Made by a program: the position numbers and the translations under genes
The notes under the pieces: model-generated
Told to the model about the DNA's origin: nothing
The model's database searches: none
The model's input: the letters and a program-made list of their open reading frames with translations, nothing else
Assembly (NCBI GenBank): GCA_022868165.1
Contig: JALHYA010000017.1
Coordinates: 11,634 to 75,633 of the forward strand
Length of the DNA stretch: 64,000 bases
Source of the DNA: Patescibacteria group bacterium
GTDB lineage: Bacteria > Patescibacteriota > Microgenomatia > UBA8517
Reading direction: 5' to 3'
Part shown: one piece after another, positions 34,432 through 42,103 of the stretch
Position numbering within the stretch: the first letter of the stretch is position 1
How the letters are laid out: each line of letters begins with the position of its first letter

Positions 34432-34478
34432 ATATGAAAACAAAAAACGCTATCGGCAGTAACGAGGTCAATAATCTA

Positions 34479-34512
34479 ACACTAGATATAGCCAGTCAAC
34501 TAGTAAGTTGTA
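34479..34512. promoter_or_regulatory. candidate NrdR-box pair (ACACTAGATATAGCCA and CAACTAGTAAGTTGTA)
   Basis: Box 1 matches the remembered consensus acaCwAtATaTwGtgt at 12/16. Box 2 is an inverted repeat, CAAC-N6-GTTG. The centre spacing of about 18 bp is atypical. Confidence 0.3.
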
Positions 34513-34635
34513 TGTCAAAAAATATCATCTCACGCACGCCCCGTGACTGGAGTTTTCACTTTAACCGAAGATTTTCCGCATAACGAAAATGGTGTTAAAT
34601 ATTAATGGTGAAAATTTTTTCGTCGAAAGGTTGGC

Positions 34636-35271
34636 TTATGGTCGTTCGAATGGGTTTTCCGGAACAGGCACTCCCTTGGAATTTAGGGCGTCCCGGGCCT
34701 CTTTGAAAGCGTTTTTGGCATAATCCTCGGACTGAACAATTCCGGGTTTTGCATCTTCCGGAGCAATTTTTAATATCTCTTCCAACACTTCTCTATGTTT
34801 GAGAGCCGCATTGGCCAACTTCTGCCAGAACGGCACCGTATCCAAACCCTTCTTTGTATTCTCTTTCCCTTGGTTCACGGCCATTTCCAGATATTTTTCT
34901 CCTTTGCTTAAAGACGGAAATGCAACCGATGATTTGTTTCTTTCAAATAAAATCTTGCTCGAAGCCAGCCTTTTGTCGGCGAAAAGAAGCATCAAATCCG
35001 CTTTCTTCCCACTATCGGTAGTTATAAAAAGCCAAAGCCTGTCTCTTGCTGCTTTGAGAAGCCAGAAAGGGCTATCCGGGAGTATTGAACCGGGATAAGC
35101 GAGAGAATAATCGATTATGACTGGTTTTTCGTTGGATGGAGTACTTGTCGGTTGTGGAGATGCGGGGAGAGCAAATGCGTACTTAATTGATGCGGTTTTA
35201 AGAACAGAAATAAAAAGAATTAAGGACGCCACCGAAAACGCACAACAAATATATGCAATCCGCCTAAACAT
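34636..35271 (-). CDS. secreted/anchored helical protein (DUF5667-like)
   Basis: 211 aa with an N-terminal TM or signal. PDSPFWLLKAARDRLWLFITTDSGKKADLMLLFADKRL resembles DUF5667 proteins common in CPR genomes (from memory). Confidence 0.6.
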   Translation of the reverse strand: MFRRIAYICCAFSVASLILFISVLKTASIKYAFALPASPQPTSTPSNEKPVIIDYSLAYPGSILPDSPFWLLKAARDRLWLFITTDSGKKADLMLLFADKRLASSKILFERNKSSVAFPSLSKGEKYLEMAVNQGKENTKKGLDTVPFWQKLANAALKHREVLEEILKIAPEDAKPGIVQSEDYAKNAFKEARDALNSKGVPVPENPFERP

Positions 35272-35337
35272 TAGGGTAAGGATAATAGTACTTCTCTTTC
35301 AAAAGCTAGTCAAGCTCGAAGGTTGAGTTTCCAGTCT

Positions 35338-35410
35338 CCATTCCCAAAGGACATGAAGGAAGATAAGCAAAGCTTGCGACTTAGTCTAAAGCAAAGCTTG
35401 CTGCTTCGCA
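35338..35410 (-). pseudogene. remnant of a CPBP protease 3' end with a ~24-nt tandem duplication
   Basis: 35338-35364 is 26/27 identical to 35627-35653, the 3' end of the intact CPBP gene. The minus-strand reading gives ...TKSQALLIFLHVLWEW versus TKNVFSSIFLHVLWEW, preceded by a stop and a duplicated unit sharing AAGCAAAGCTTGC. Confidence 0.55.
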
Positions 35411-35605
35411 GTAAGAAGTATTTTAAGCTTAATCTTGATTCCGAGGGAACCATTTTTAAAAATGTGTCGAACCAGCCCCAAGAAAGACAAACGATTCTGG
35501 TAAAAGTTCTCTGGCTGGTGAGACGCAAGCGAGGAGCGGAGTCTACAAAATAAGCTCAATTATACTCGACGAGAGTTTTTTAAAAATGCGTTTCCGAAGG
35601 AATCT

Positions 35606-36247
35606 TTATCTAAACAAAATAATGGGCCATTCCCAAAGAACATGAAGGAAGATTGAAGAGAAAACATTCTTTGTCCGGGCAAAAACAAAAGCCGAACCCA
35701 ATCCAAAAAGAGCAGTGATAAGTAGATTTACCATTGTTGCCGAAGCGCCCAACTGCAGAACAAAAATGTAAATCGGAACGTGTATTAGAACCCAAACAAG
35801 AGTTGTTATTACATTGGCGAGCCATTCATTTTTCAGAGCAAGCCACAACCTGTTAAACATATATCCCCTAAACGCAATCTCCTCACTCACGGCTGTTGCA
35901 AACGATATTCCCAAAGCCATAGGAAGCGTCTTGTCTCCAATATTTGCCGCAAAACTTAGGCCGTTGTGCTTAATAAAATTGATAATCAGCGCCTCCATCA
36001 CAAAAAACGAACCCAGGGCCAGAGAAAAATAAACGGAGGGGAAGAGGTTTTTGACTGTTATCCCCAAAGAATCCAAACCCAAGCCCTCTTTTTTGATAAT
36101 TACAAAAACCGGTATCAACCAAATAATGGGTTTTACAACCAACTCCTCTACTTCATCGGGTAGTTGTATTAAAAACCTGTAAAGTCCCCAGACTATCAAA
36201 AGATATGTTGCGTAAACCGTCGCTGTTTTTAAATAATTTTCTTTCAT
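35606..36247 (-). CDS. CPBP family intramembrane glutamic endopeptidase (CAAX protease/Abi family)
   Basis: 213 aa polytopic. Motif 1 SEEIAFRGY, later HVPIY and HVLWE His motifs. Confidence 0.85.
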   Translation of the reverse strand: MKENYLKTATVYATYLLIVWGLYRFLIQLPDEVEELVVKPIIWLIPVFVIIKKEGLGLDSLGITVKNLFPSVYFSLALGSFFVMEALIINFIKHNGLSFAANIGDKTLPMALGISFATAVSEEIAFRGYMFNRLWLALKNEWLANVITTLVWVLIHVPIYIFVLQLGASATMVNLLITALFGLGSAFVFARTKNVFSSIFLHVLWEWPIILFR

Positions 36248-36729
36248 TGCCCTTTCATTTTACATTCTTTATATGCTAGGCCGATGGCTTTGATAACCAT
36301 ATCTACTCTTTCTTTCGCCTCGGTGACACTCAGAGCATTCTTTTCGTTGGGAAACCAATGGAAAACCAAATTTCTGCAATTTTTCCAAGTGTCCCAAAGG
36401 GTATCCGCAAGCATGTTTGTCCCGGTAAAAGCGACCAGTTTGTCGTAGACGCTCTCGCTCCTGAAACTTTTTTCCAGAGAAGGATTTAAAGCTTTCCCGA
36501 TCCTAAAATGCTTTCCGTAGTAATCCTGGGGGGTGATAAACTCCAAATCCAAAAACAATTTTTTCAAAAATCCTTCGTAGGCTTTGGCTGCAGGAAAAAC
36601 CACAAAAGCATAGTCATGGAAATCCTCCTTGCCGTAATATGTTTCGGACAACAAAACCGCCTCATTTAGAAGCTTCTGAAGATCTTCTCCCAGGTAATTC
36701 CACCAGACCTCTTTCGACAGCTCACCCAT
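36244..36729 (-). CDS. hypothetical cytoplasmic helical protein with Rx4H (HEPN-like) motif
   Basis: 161 aa. NCRNLVFHW fits R-N-x3-H at about three-quarters of the length, as in HEPN domains. ATGA and TAATG overlaps with both neighbours. The family assignment rests on this one motif. Confidence 0.55.
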   Translation of the reverse strand: MGELSKEVWWNYLGEDLQKLLNEAVLLSETYYGKEDFHDYAFVVFPAAKAYEGFLKKLFLDLEFITPQDYYGKHFRIGKALNPSLEKSFRSESVYDKLVAFTGTNMLADTLWDTWKNCRNLVFHWFPNEKNALSVTEAKERVDMVIKAIGLAYKECKMKGQ

Positions 36730-37397
36730 TATTTTATTCCCAAAGTAACCGAAATGGTCAATTTTCCGCTGCTTTCGGCAAGTCCAACAAATCCGCTCGT
36801 TTTGTCCTTCTCAAAAGAAATAGTCTGCATTGCCTCTTGAGCAAGCTCGTTGTCTATCTTCCAACCACCAGCCGTAAGTTTATCTTTATAGAATAATTTT
36901 ACTTGGGTCACCGAGTCCGTCGTTTCCCAAACGACAGAAATTCCCTTGCTGTCTTCTCCGGTGGTTGTCCAAGAGGATGTTAGTTTGGCTCCGGGATAAA
37001 TCGGAAAATCGCTTGGGAAACCATCCGGCAGTTTTCCTTCTGCCGAGTAGGAAAACTGTCCTCCCTTACCGTCGAAGCTAATCTTTTTGCCGTCATTCTC
37101 CACCTTGACGTTTTCTCCTGCTGTCTTGGAAAGGAAAAGTGAGAGAAATTTTGAACTGATTTTCCCCCCTAAGCTTCTCCACAAAACCCGGGCCGCAAAT
37201 CCAACCAAAACCAAAACGGCAAGAACCGATAAGAGAATAATCAGTAGCTTGTTAGACTTTTTCTTGGGCTCTTCCTTTTCTTCTTTTTTATCTTCCAGTT
37301 TATCTTCCAAAAGAAACTCACCTCCTACCAAAAAACAATAGTCCAATAATATTATCATGCGGGGTTTTAAGTCAAACCCCGAAAGCCTGTATGACAT
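36729..37397 (-). CDS. membrane-anchored extracytoplasmic protein, function unknown
   Basis: 222 aa. Charged KE-rich N-terminus, one TM helix (LLIILLSVLAVLVLVGFAA), and a beta-rich C-terminal domain (FPIYPGAKL...VKLFYKDKLTAGGWKI). Confidence 0.6.
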   Translation of the reverse strand: MSYRLSGFDLKPRMIILLDYCFLVGGEFLLEDKLEDKKEEKEEPKKKSNKLLIILLSVLAVLVLVGFAARVLWRSLGGKISSKFLSLFLSKTAGENVKVENDGKKISFDGKGGQFSYSAEGKLPDGFPSDFPIYPGAKLTSSWTTTGEDSKGISVVWETTDSVTQVKLFYKDKLTAGGWKIDNELAQEAMQTISFEKDKTSGFVGLAESSGKLTISVTLGIK

Positions 37398-37508
37398 CCT
37401 CCCCGCTTTGAAAAGCGGGGTTTCCTCTAAAGGAGAATGACATATCAGCGTTCAATTCATCCCCTCGACTACGCTCGGGGTTTTCTTGAATGCTGATATA
37501 ATTCTCAT
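37398..37508 (+). promoter_or_regulatory. conserved multi-hairpin element upstream of PBP gene 1 (copy 1)
   Basis: Hairpin CCCCGCTT-TGAA-AAGCGGGG (37401-37420). Box GTTCAATTCATCC (37450-37462). Variable hairpin. Box TCTTGAAT (37484-37491). TGaTATAAT (37494-37502) lies 6 nt from the ATG. A long helix pairs GAGAAT..ATATCAGCGTTCAA with TTGAATGCTGATAT.ATTCTC. Confidence 0.6.
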
Positions 37509-39728
37509 ATGAAAGAAAAACTGCGGCTTGTTTTTGGAAAACTAAGAAAATTTTTTGCGAACGGAAAAAGGATTAAGGCTCTACTTTATTGGGGAGTTGT
37601 AGCCGTGGTCTTGACATGGCTTTTCTGGGGAATACCGCTCCCGACCGCCCTTTCTTCCAAACAAATCCCGGTTTCAACCAAACTTTATGACAGAAACGGA
37701 AAACTGATTTATGAAATATACACCGACAAAAGAAGTACGCCGATTAAACTTTCGGATCTCCCGGCTTATGTCAAAGAGGCCACTATTTCTATAGAAGACA
37801 AAGATTTTTACAAGCATTACGGATTTTCTTTTACCGGCATTGCCCGCGCTGCTTTTAATATAGTTTTTAAAAGAAATCTTCAGGGCGGGTCAACCCTAAC
37901 TCAACAATTGGTCAAAAATGCCCTTCTGTCCCCCGAACGCACGGTCAAGAGAAAAATTCGGGAATTCGTTTTAACAATGTTTGTCGAATCTCTTTACTCA
38001 AAAGACCAAATTCTGGAGATGTATCTAAACCAAATCCCCTACGGTTCAACCGCATACGGAATTGAAGCCGCGAGCGAACTTTATTTCGGAAAACAGGCAA
38101 AGGATTTGACGTTAGCCGAGTCGGCTCTTTTGGCGGGACTACTTTCATCTCCCACGGCATACTCGCCTTTTGGGGCCCACCCGGAGCTTGCCAAGGAAAG
38201 GCAAATAGACGTGCTCAGAAGAATGGTCCAAGACAAATATATCACTCAAGCCCAGGCGGATGAGGCAAAAAATCAGGAATTAAAGTATGCAGAAATTACC
38301 CCTCCTGCCGCTCCCCATTTTGCCCTCTGGATAAAAGAGCAGCTTGCAGAAAAGTACGGAACAAACATTGTCGAACAGGGGGGTTTGAGGGTTACCACTA
38401 CTCTTGATTTGGATTTGCAGGATTTTGCCCAAAAAGCCGTTGCGACCGAGGTTGCTAAACTCAAAGCCCAAAAGGTGGGAAATGGGGCCGTGATTGTTAC
38501 AAGGCCAAAAACCGGAGAGATTTTGGCGATTGTAGGGTCGAAGGATTATTTCGCAACGGATGAGGACGGTAAAGTGAATGTCATCCTATCCAAAAGACAG
38601 CCTGGCTCTTCCATAAAACCCTTAAATTATGCCTTGGCTATAAAAGATAAAAAAATAAATGCAGCCACTCCGCTCGCGGACGTTCCCAGCTGTTTCGCTG
38701 TTATTGGACAACCCATCTATTGCCCCACCAACTACGACGAAAAATTCCATGGAGCGATACAAGCCCGCTTCGCCCTTGGAAATTCTTACAATATACCGGC
38801 CGTTCGTGTTCTTGCCTTAAACGGTCTGGATAATTTTGTCAACTTTGCCAAACAGATGGGAATTACAACCTTTACCGACCCCGCCAATTATGGTCTTTCT
38901 TTAACCCTTGGAGGCGGTGAGGTCCGCCCGTACGATATGGCCGTGGCCTTTGGAGTCTTTGCCAACCAAGGAATCAAACAGCCTCTTATTTCAATACTCC
39001 AAGTAACCGACTGGAGGGGAAAAATTTATGAGGAAACCAAACCTAAAGATGTTGAACTTACGGGCGAGCGTGTTCTTAATCCCGAAGTAACCTTTATTGT
39101 TTCCCACATTCTTTTGGATAATAATGCGCGTTCACAGGCATTTGGCGAAACTTCATATCTCAATGTTGCCGGCCATCCTGAGGTTTCGGTCAAAACCGGA
39201 ACTACCAATGACAGAAAGGATAATTGGACGATAGGATATACCGCGGACGCTGCAGTTGTAGCTTGGGTTGGCAACAACGACAACTCTTCAATGTCTGGGG
39301 CGGTTTCGGGAATTTCGGGTGCTTCTCCTATTTGGAACAGGATAATGAAAGCGGTTTTGGATTCGGCGGAAAAAGGAGCTTACGACAAAGAGGAGGAAGG
39401 ACACGCCTGGCCACACCAACCGTCCGATGTTGTGGGCGCAACAATATGTTCTACGGATGGACTTTTGCCTCCCGGGCCCAAAGACAACCCCGGCTGTCCC
39501 GCACGTTTTGAGTACTTCCTAGAAGGAACCTTGCCGACCCAAACCAGCGGCCAAAAAGCCGATATTCCGATAAACAAGGATGACCATACCGTCTCCGCTC
39601 CCGATACCCCGCCGGACAAGATTGAAACCCAAAACCATCCGGTTTTATATGACCCTCTAAAAACTTTGGTGTGCCTTGACTGTCCGATACCTACAAAAGA
39701 GGTAACAATCAGTTATCCTCTGAGGTAG
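37509..39728 (+). CDS. class A penicillin-binding protein (GT51 transglycosylase + transpeptidase)
   Basis: 739 aa with an N-terminal TM helix. GT51 motifs EDKDFYKHYG and GGSTLTQQLVKN. Transpeptidase motifs SSIK, SYN and KTGTT. Confidence 0.92.
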   Translation: MKEKLRLVFGKLRKFFANGKRIKALLYWGVVAVVLTWLFWGIPLPTALSSKQIPVSTKLYDRNGKLIYEIYTDKRSTPIKLSDLPAYVKEATISIEDKDFYKHYGFSFTGIARAAFNIVFKRNLQGGSTLTQQLVKNALLSPERTVKRKIREFVLTMFVESLYSKDQILEMYLNQIPYGSTAYGIEAASELYFGKQAKDLTLAESALLAGLLSSPTAYSPFGAHPELAKERQIDVLRRMVQDKYITQAQADEAKNQELKYAEITPPAAPHFALWIKEQLAEKYGTNIVEQGGLRVTTTLDLDLQDFAQKAVATEVAKLKAQKVGNGAVIVTRPKTGEILAIVGSKDYFATDEDGKVNVILSKRQPGSSIKPLNYALAIKDKKINAATPLADVPSCFAVIGQPIYCPTNYDEKFHGAIQARFALGNSYNIPAVRVLALNGLDNFVNFAKQMGITTFTDPANYGLSLTLGGGEVRPYDMAVAFGVFANQGIKQPLISILQVTDWRGKIYEETKPKDVELTGERVLNPEVTFIVSHILLDNNARSQAFGETSYLNVAGHPEVSVKTGTTNDRKDNWTIGYTADAAVVAWVGNNDNSSMSGAVSGISGASPIWNRIMKAVLDSAEKGAYDKEEEGHAWPHQPSDVVGATICSTDGLLPPGPKDNPGCPARFEYFLEGTLPTQTSGQKADIPINKDDHTVSAPDTPPDKIETQNHPVLYDPLKTLVCLDCPIPTKEVTISYPLR

Positions 39729-39740
39729 ATATGGTAAAAT

Positions 39741-39856
39741 CTTCCGCCGACTAAAGTCGGCGGCACCAGCCCCTAAGGGAAGATTATAGCCCTAGGTTCA
39801 ATTCATCCTCGCAATAAATTGCAAGGTCTTCTTGAATCTATGGTAAAATTGCCGCA
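39741..39856 (+). promoter_or_regulatory. conserved multi-hairpin element upstream of PBP gene 2 (copy 2)
   Basis: Hairpin CCGCCGACT-AA-AGTCGGCGG (39744-39763). Box GTTCAATTCATCC (39796-39808). A different variable hairpin. Box TCTTGAAT (39830-39837), at the identical 34-nt spacing. TGgTAAAAT (39841-39849) lies 7 nt from the GTG. Confidence 0.6.
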
Positions 39857-40840
39857 GTGAAAGGCAGGTCTCAAATTTTTACTGCCCTAAGTTTCTTCGC
39901 CAGCGCCCTTAAGTTTGTCGGCCGGCCTTTCTACCTAATCTTCTCTTACGGATTTATTGCTCTGATTTTGGCAATATCCGCCGTCGGTATTTTGATAAAA
40001 GCCATTCTCTCCTTTCCAATAAGGCTTCTCCCGAAAATCCCTCTGAAAATCAAGTTTAAGTTCCGTCCCAAATTATTAACGACGTCTGTTTTGGGGCTGG
40101 CAATAATTCTTTCGATTTGGTTCTTTGTTTTCCGCAACCTTCCCTCTCCCAAAGAGCTTGTTAGCCGCAATCTGGAAGTTTCCACAAAGATTTATGACCG
40201 AAACGGGATCCTTTTGTATAAAATCTACAAAAATAAAAATCGCACGGTTGTCCCTTTATATAGGATTCCTCAAAACGTAAGGCTGGCCACTTTGGCTGCC
40301 GAGGACGCCGAGTTTTATAGCCATCCAGGAATATCAATTCGCGGGATAATCCGCTCTATTGTTACAAACTTGAAGCAAGGAGAACTAACCGGAGGCTCAA
40401 CAATTACCCAGCAGCTTGTTAAAAATGCGCTTCTTTCGCCGGAAAAGACTTTTCGACGGAAACTTCGCGAAGTAATTCTTGCATTCGAAGTCGAACTTGT
40501 ATACTCAAAAGACCAAATTTTGGAAATGTATCTGAATGAAGTTTCCTATGGCGGAACCGCGTACGGAATTCAAGAAGCCGCCCAGCTTTATTTCGATAAA
40601 GATGTAGAAAATCTGGATTTGGCCGAAGCCGGGCTTCTGGCCGGACTTCCAATAAGTCCGACAAAATATTCTCCGTTCGGATCAGAACCCGACCTGGCAC
40701 TCGTTCGCCAGAAAGAAGTGCTGGAACTTATGCGCATCAACAAATACATTACCCAAAGGGAAATGGAGGAAGCCGAAAACGAACCCGTCAGCTTTGCCCC
40801 AAACAGAACGGATATCAAAGCTCCCCATTTTGTAATGTAA
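39857..40840 (+). CDS. class A PBP paralogue, N-terminal part (TM anchor + GT51 transglycosylase), ends at in-frame TAA
   Basis: EDAEFYSHPG and GGSTITQQLVKN motifs. Terminates at ...KAPHFVM-TAA where the paralogue reads APHFALW. Confidence 0.8.
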   Translation: MKGRSQIFTALSFFASALKFVGRPFYLIFSYGFIALILAISAVGILIKAILSFPIRLLPKIPLKIKFKFRPKLLTTSVLGLAIILSIWFFVFRNLPSPKELVSRNLEVSTKIYDRNGILLYKIYKNKNRTVVPLYRIPQNVRLATLAAEDAEFYSHPGISIRGIIRSIVTNLKQGELTGGSTITQQLVKNALLSPEKTFRRKLREVILAFEVELVYSKDQILEMYLNEVSYGGTAYGIQEAAQLYFDKDVENLDLAEAGLLAGLPISPTKYSPFGSEPDLALVRQKEVLELMRINKYITQREMEEAENEPVSFAPNRTDIKAPHFVM

Positions 40841-42103
40841 GTTAAAGAGCAATTGGTTGATAAATATGGTGAAGAAATGGTTCAGCAGGGAGGACTCAAT
40901 GTCATAACTACTCTTGATTATTCTATACAAAGATTGGCGGAAGATGCGGTAAAAAACGAAGTCGCCAGCCTTCAAGCGCTACATGTAGGAAACGGGGCGG
41001 CGTTGGTTTTAAACCCGAGAACAGGAGAGGTTCTTGCAATGGTAGGCTCCAAAAATTATTTTGATACCGAAGGAGGAGGAAACGTAAACGTAACCCTGCG
41101 CCCTCGCCAGCCCGGCTCTTCAATAAAAATCGTCAACTATGCCTATGCTCTTTCCACTAGTTACACCCCGTCATCGATTCTTTCGGATACTCCCGTCACT
41201 TTTTCAACCGGAGGACTTGCCCCTTACACCCCCAAAAACTATGACGGCAAATACCGGGGGAATCTTACCCTTAGAAGTGCTTTTGCGGAATCCAGAAACG
41301 TCCCTGCCGTAAAGGTTCTCGCATCTTACGGTGTAAGCCACATGATTGACCTTGGAACCAAAATGGGCATTACAACTTGGACCGAACCATCTAACTACGG
41401 ACTATCTCTCACTCTCGGTGGTGGTGAAGTGAAACTTTTGGATTTGGCACGGGTATTCGGGACAATTGCCGATTACGGCAAAAAACCTCCGATTTTTTCA
41501 ATTATTAAGGTAACCGACTATAAAGGAAAGGTTTTGGAAGAAAATAAGTGTTTAACCGAAGAGCCGTGCGAAGGTCCCGAAGTCGTTGACCCAAGGGTTG
41601 CGTTTCTCTTAACAGACATCCTCAAAGATAACAGTGCCAGAACCCCCGCTTTTGGTTCAAATTCCGCATTGGCTATTGCCGGCCATCCCGAAGTTGCAGT
41701 CAAGACCGGAACCAGCAATGATTTAAAGGACAATCTGACCCTCGGTTTTACCCAAAAATACCTTGTTGCAACTTGGGTAGGAAATAACGACTCAAGTCCC
41801 ATGTCAAAAATTGCCTCGGGCATAACAGGCGCGGCACCAATCTGGCATACAATTATGGCAAGCCTTCTTTCCAATGAAAAACCCGACCCCTGGCTGGTCC
41901 CGGACGGGGTTGCCAAGCTTTCGATTTGCACACTGACCGGAACTTTGGCCTGCGAAGAATGCAATTCTTATTCCGAATGGTTTCTGAAGGAAAAAGCCCC
42001 GACGAGGGCGTGTACAAAAGAAGCCATAACAAAGATTAAGGACGAGAAAAAGACCCAAGGCAAAATTCTAGAACCCGCAGCGAAAATTGAGGTTGTTAAC
42101 TAA
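40841..42103 (+). CDS. class A PBP paralogue, C-terminal part (linker + transpeptidase), same frame as 39857-40840
   Basis: Continues VKEQLVDKYGEEMVQQGGL in frame directly after the TAA. Has SSIK, SRN and KTGTS motifs. The first possible start is TTG at 40853. Confidence 0.75.
   Translation, partial: VKEQLVDKYGEEMVQQGGLNVITTLDYSIQRLAEDAVKNEVASLQALHVGNGAALVLNPRTGEVLAMVGSKNYFDTEGGGNVNVTLRPRQPGSSIKIVNYAYALSTSYTPSSILSDTPVTFSTGGLAPYTPKNYDGKYRGNLTLRSAFAESRNVPAVKVLASYGVSHMIDLGTKMGITTWTEPSNYGLSLTLGGGEVKLLDLARVFGTIADYGKKPPIFSIIKVTDYKGKVLEENKCLTEEPCEGPEVVDPRVAFLLTDILKDNSARTPAFGSNSALAIAGHPEVAVKTGTSNDLKDNLTLGFTQKYLVATWVGNNDSSPMSKIASGITGAAPIWHTIMASLLSNEKPDPWLVPDGVAKLSICTLTGTLACEECNSYSEWFLKEKAPTRACTKEAITKIKDEKKTQGKILEPAAKIEVVN

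Noticed and set aside
35310-35553. ORFs 35310-35528 (minus) and 35323-35553 (plus) in the gap downstream of the CPBP gene.
   Set aside because: The region is better explained as a decayed CPBP 3' fragment with a tandem duplication. Neither ORF keeps the homologous frame.
37484-37491. TTGAAT in the conserved TCTTGAAT box as the -35 hexamer of the PBP promoters.
   Set aside because: It lies only 5-6 nt from the -10-like hexamer, whereas about 17 nt is needed. It was treated instead as part of the conserved helix.
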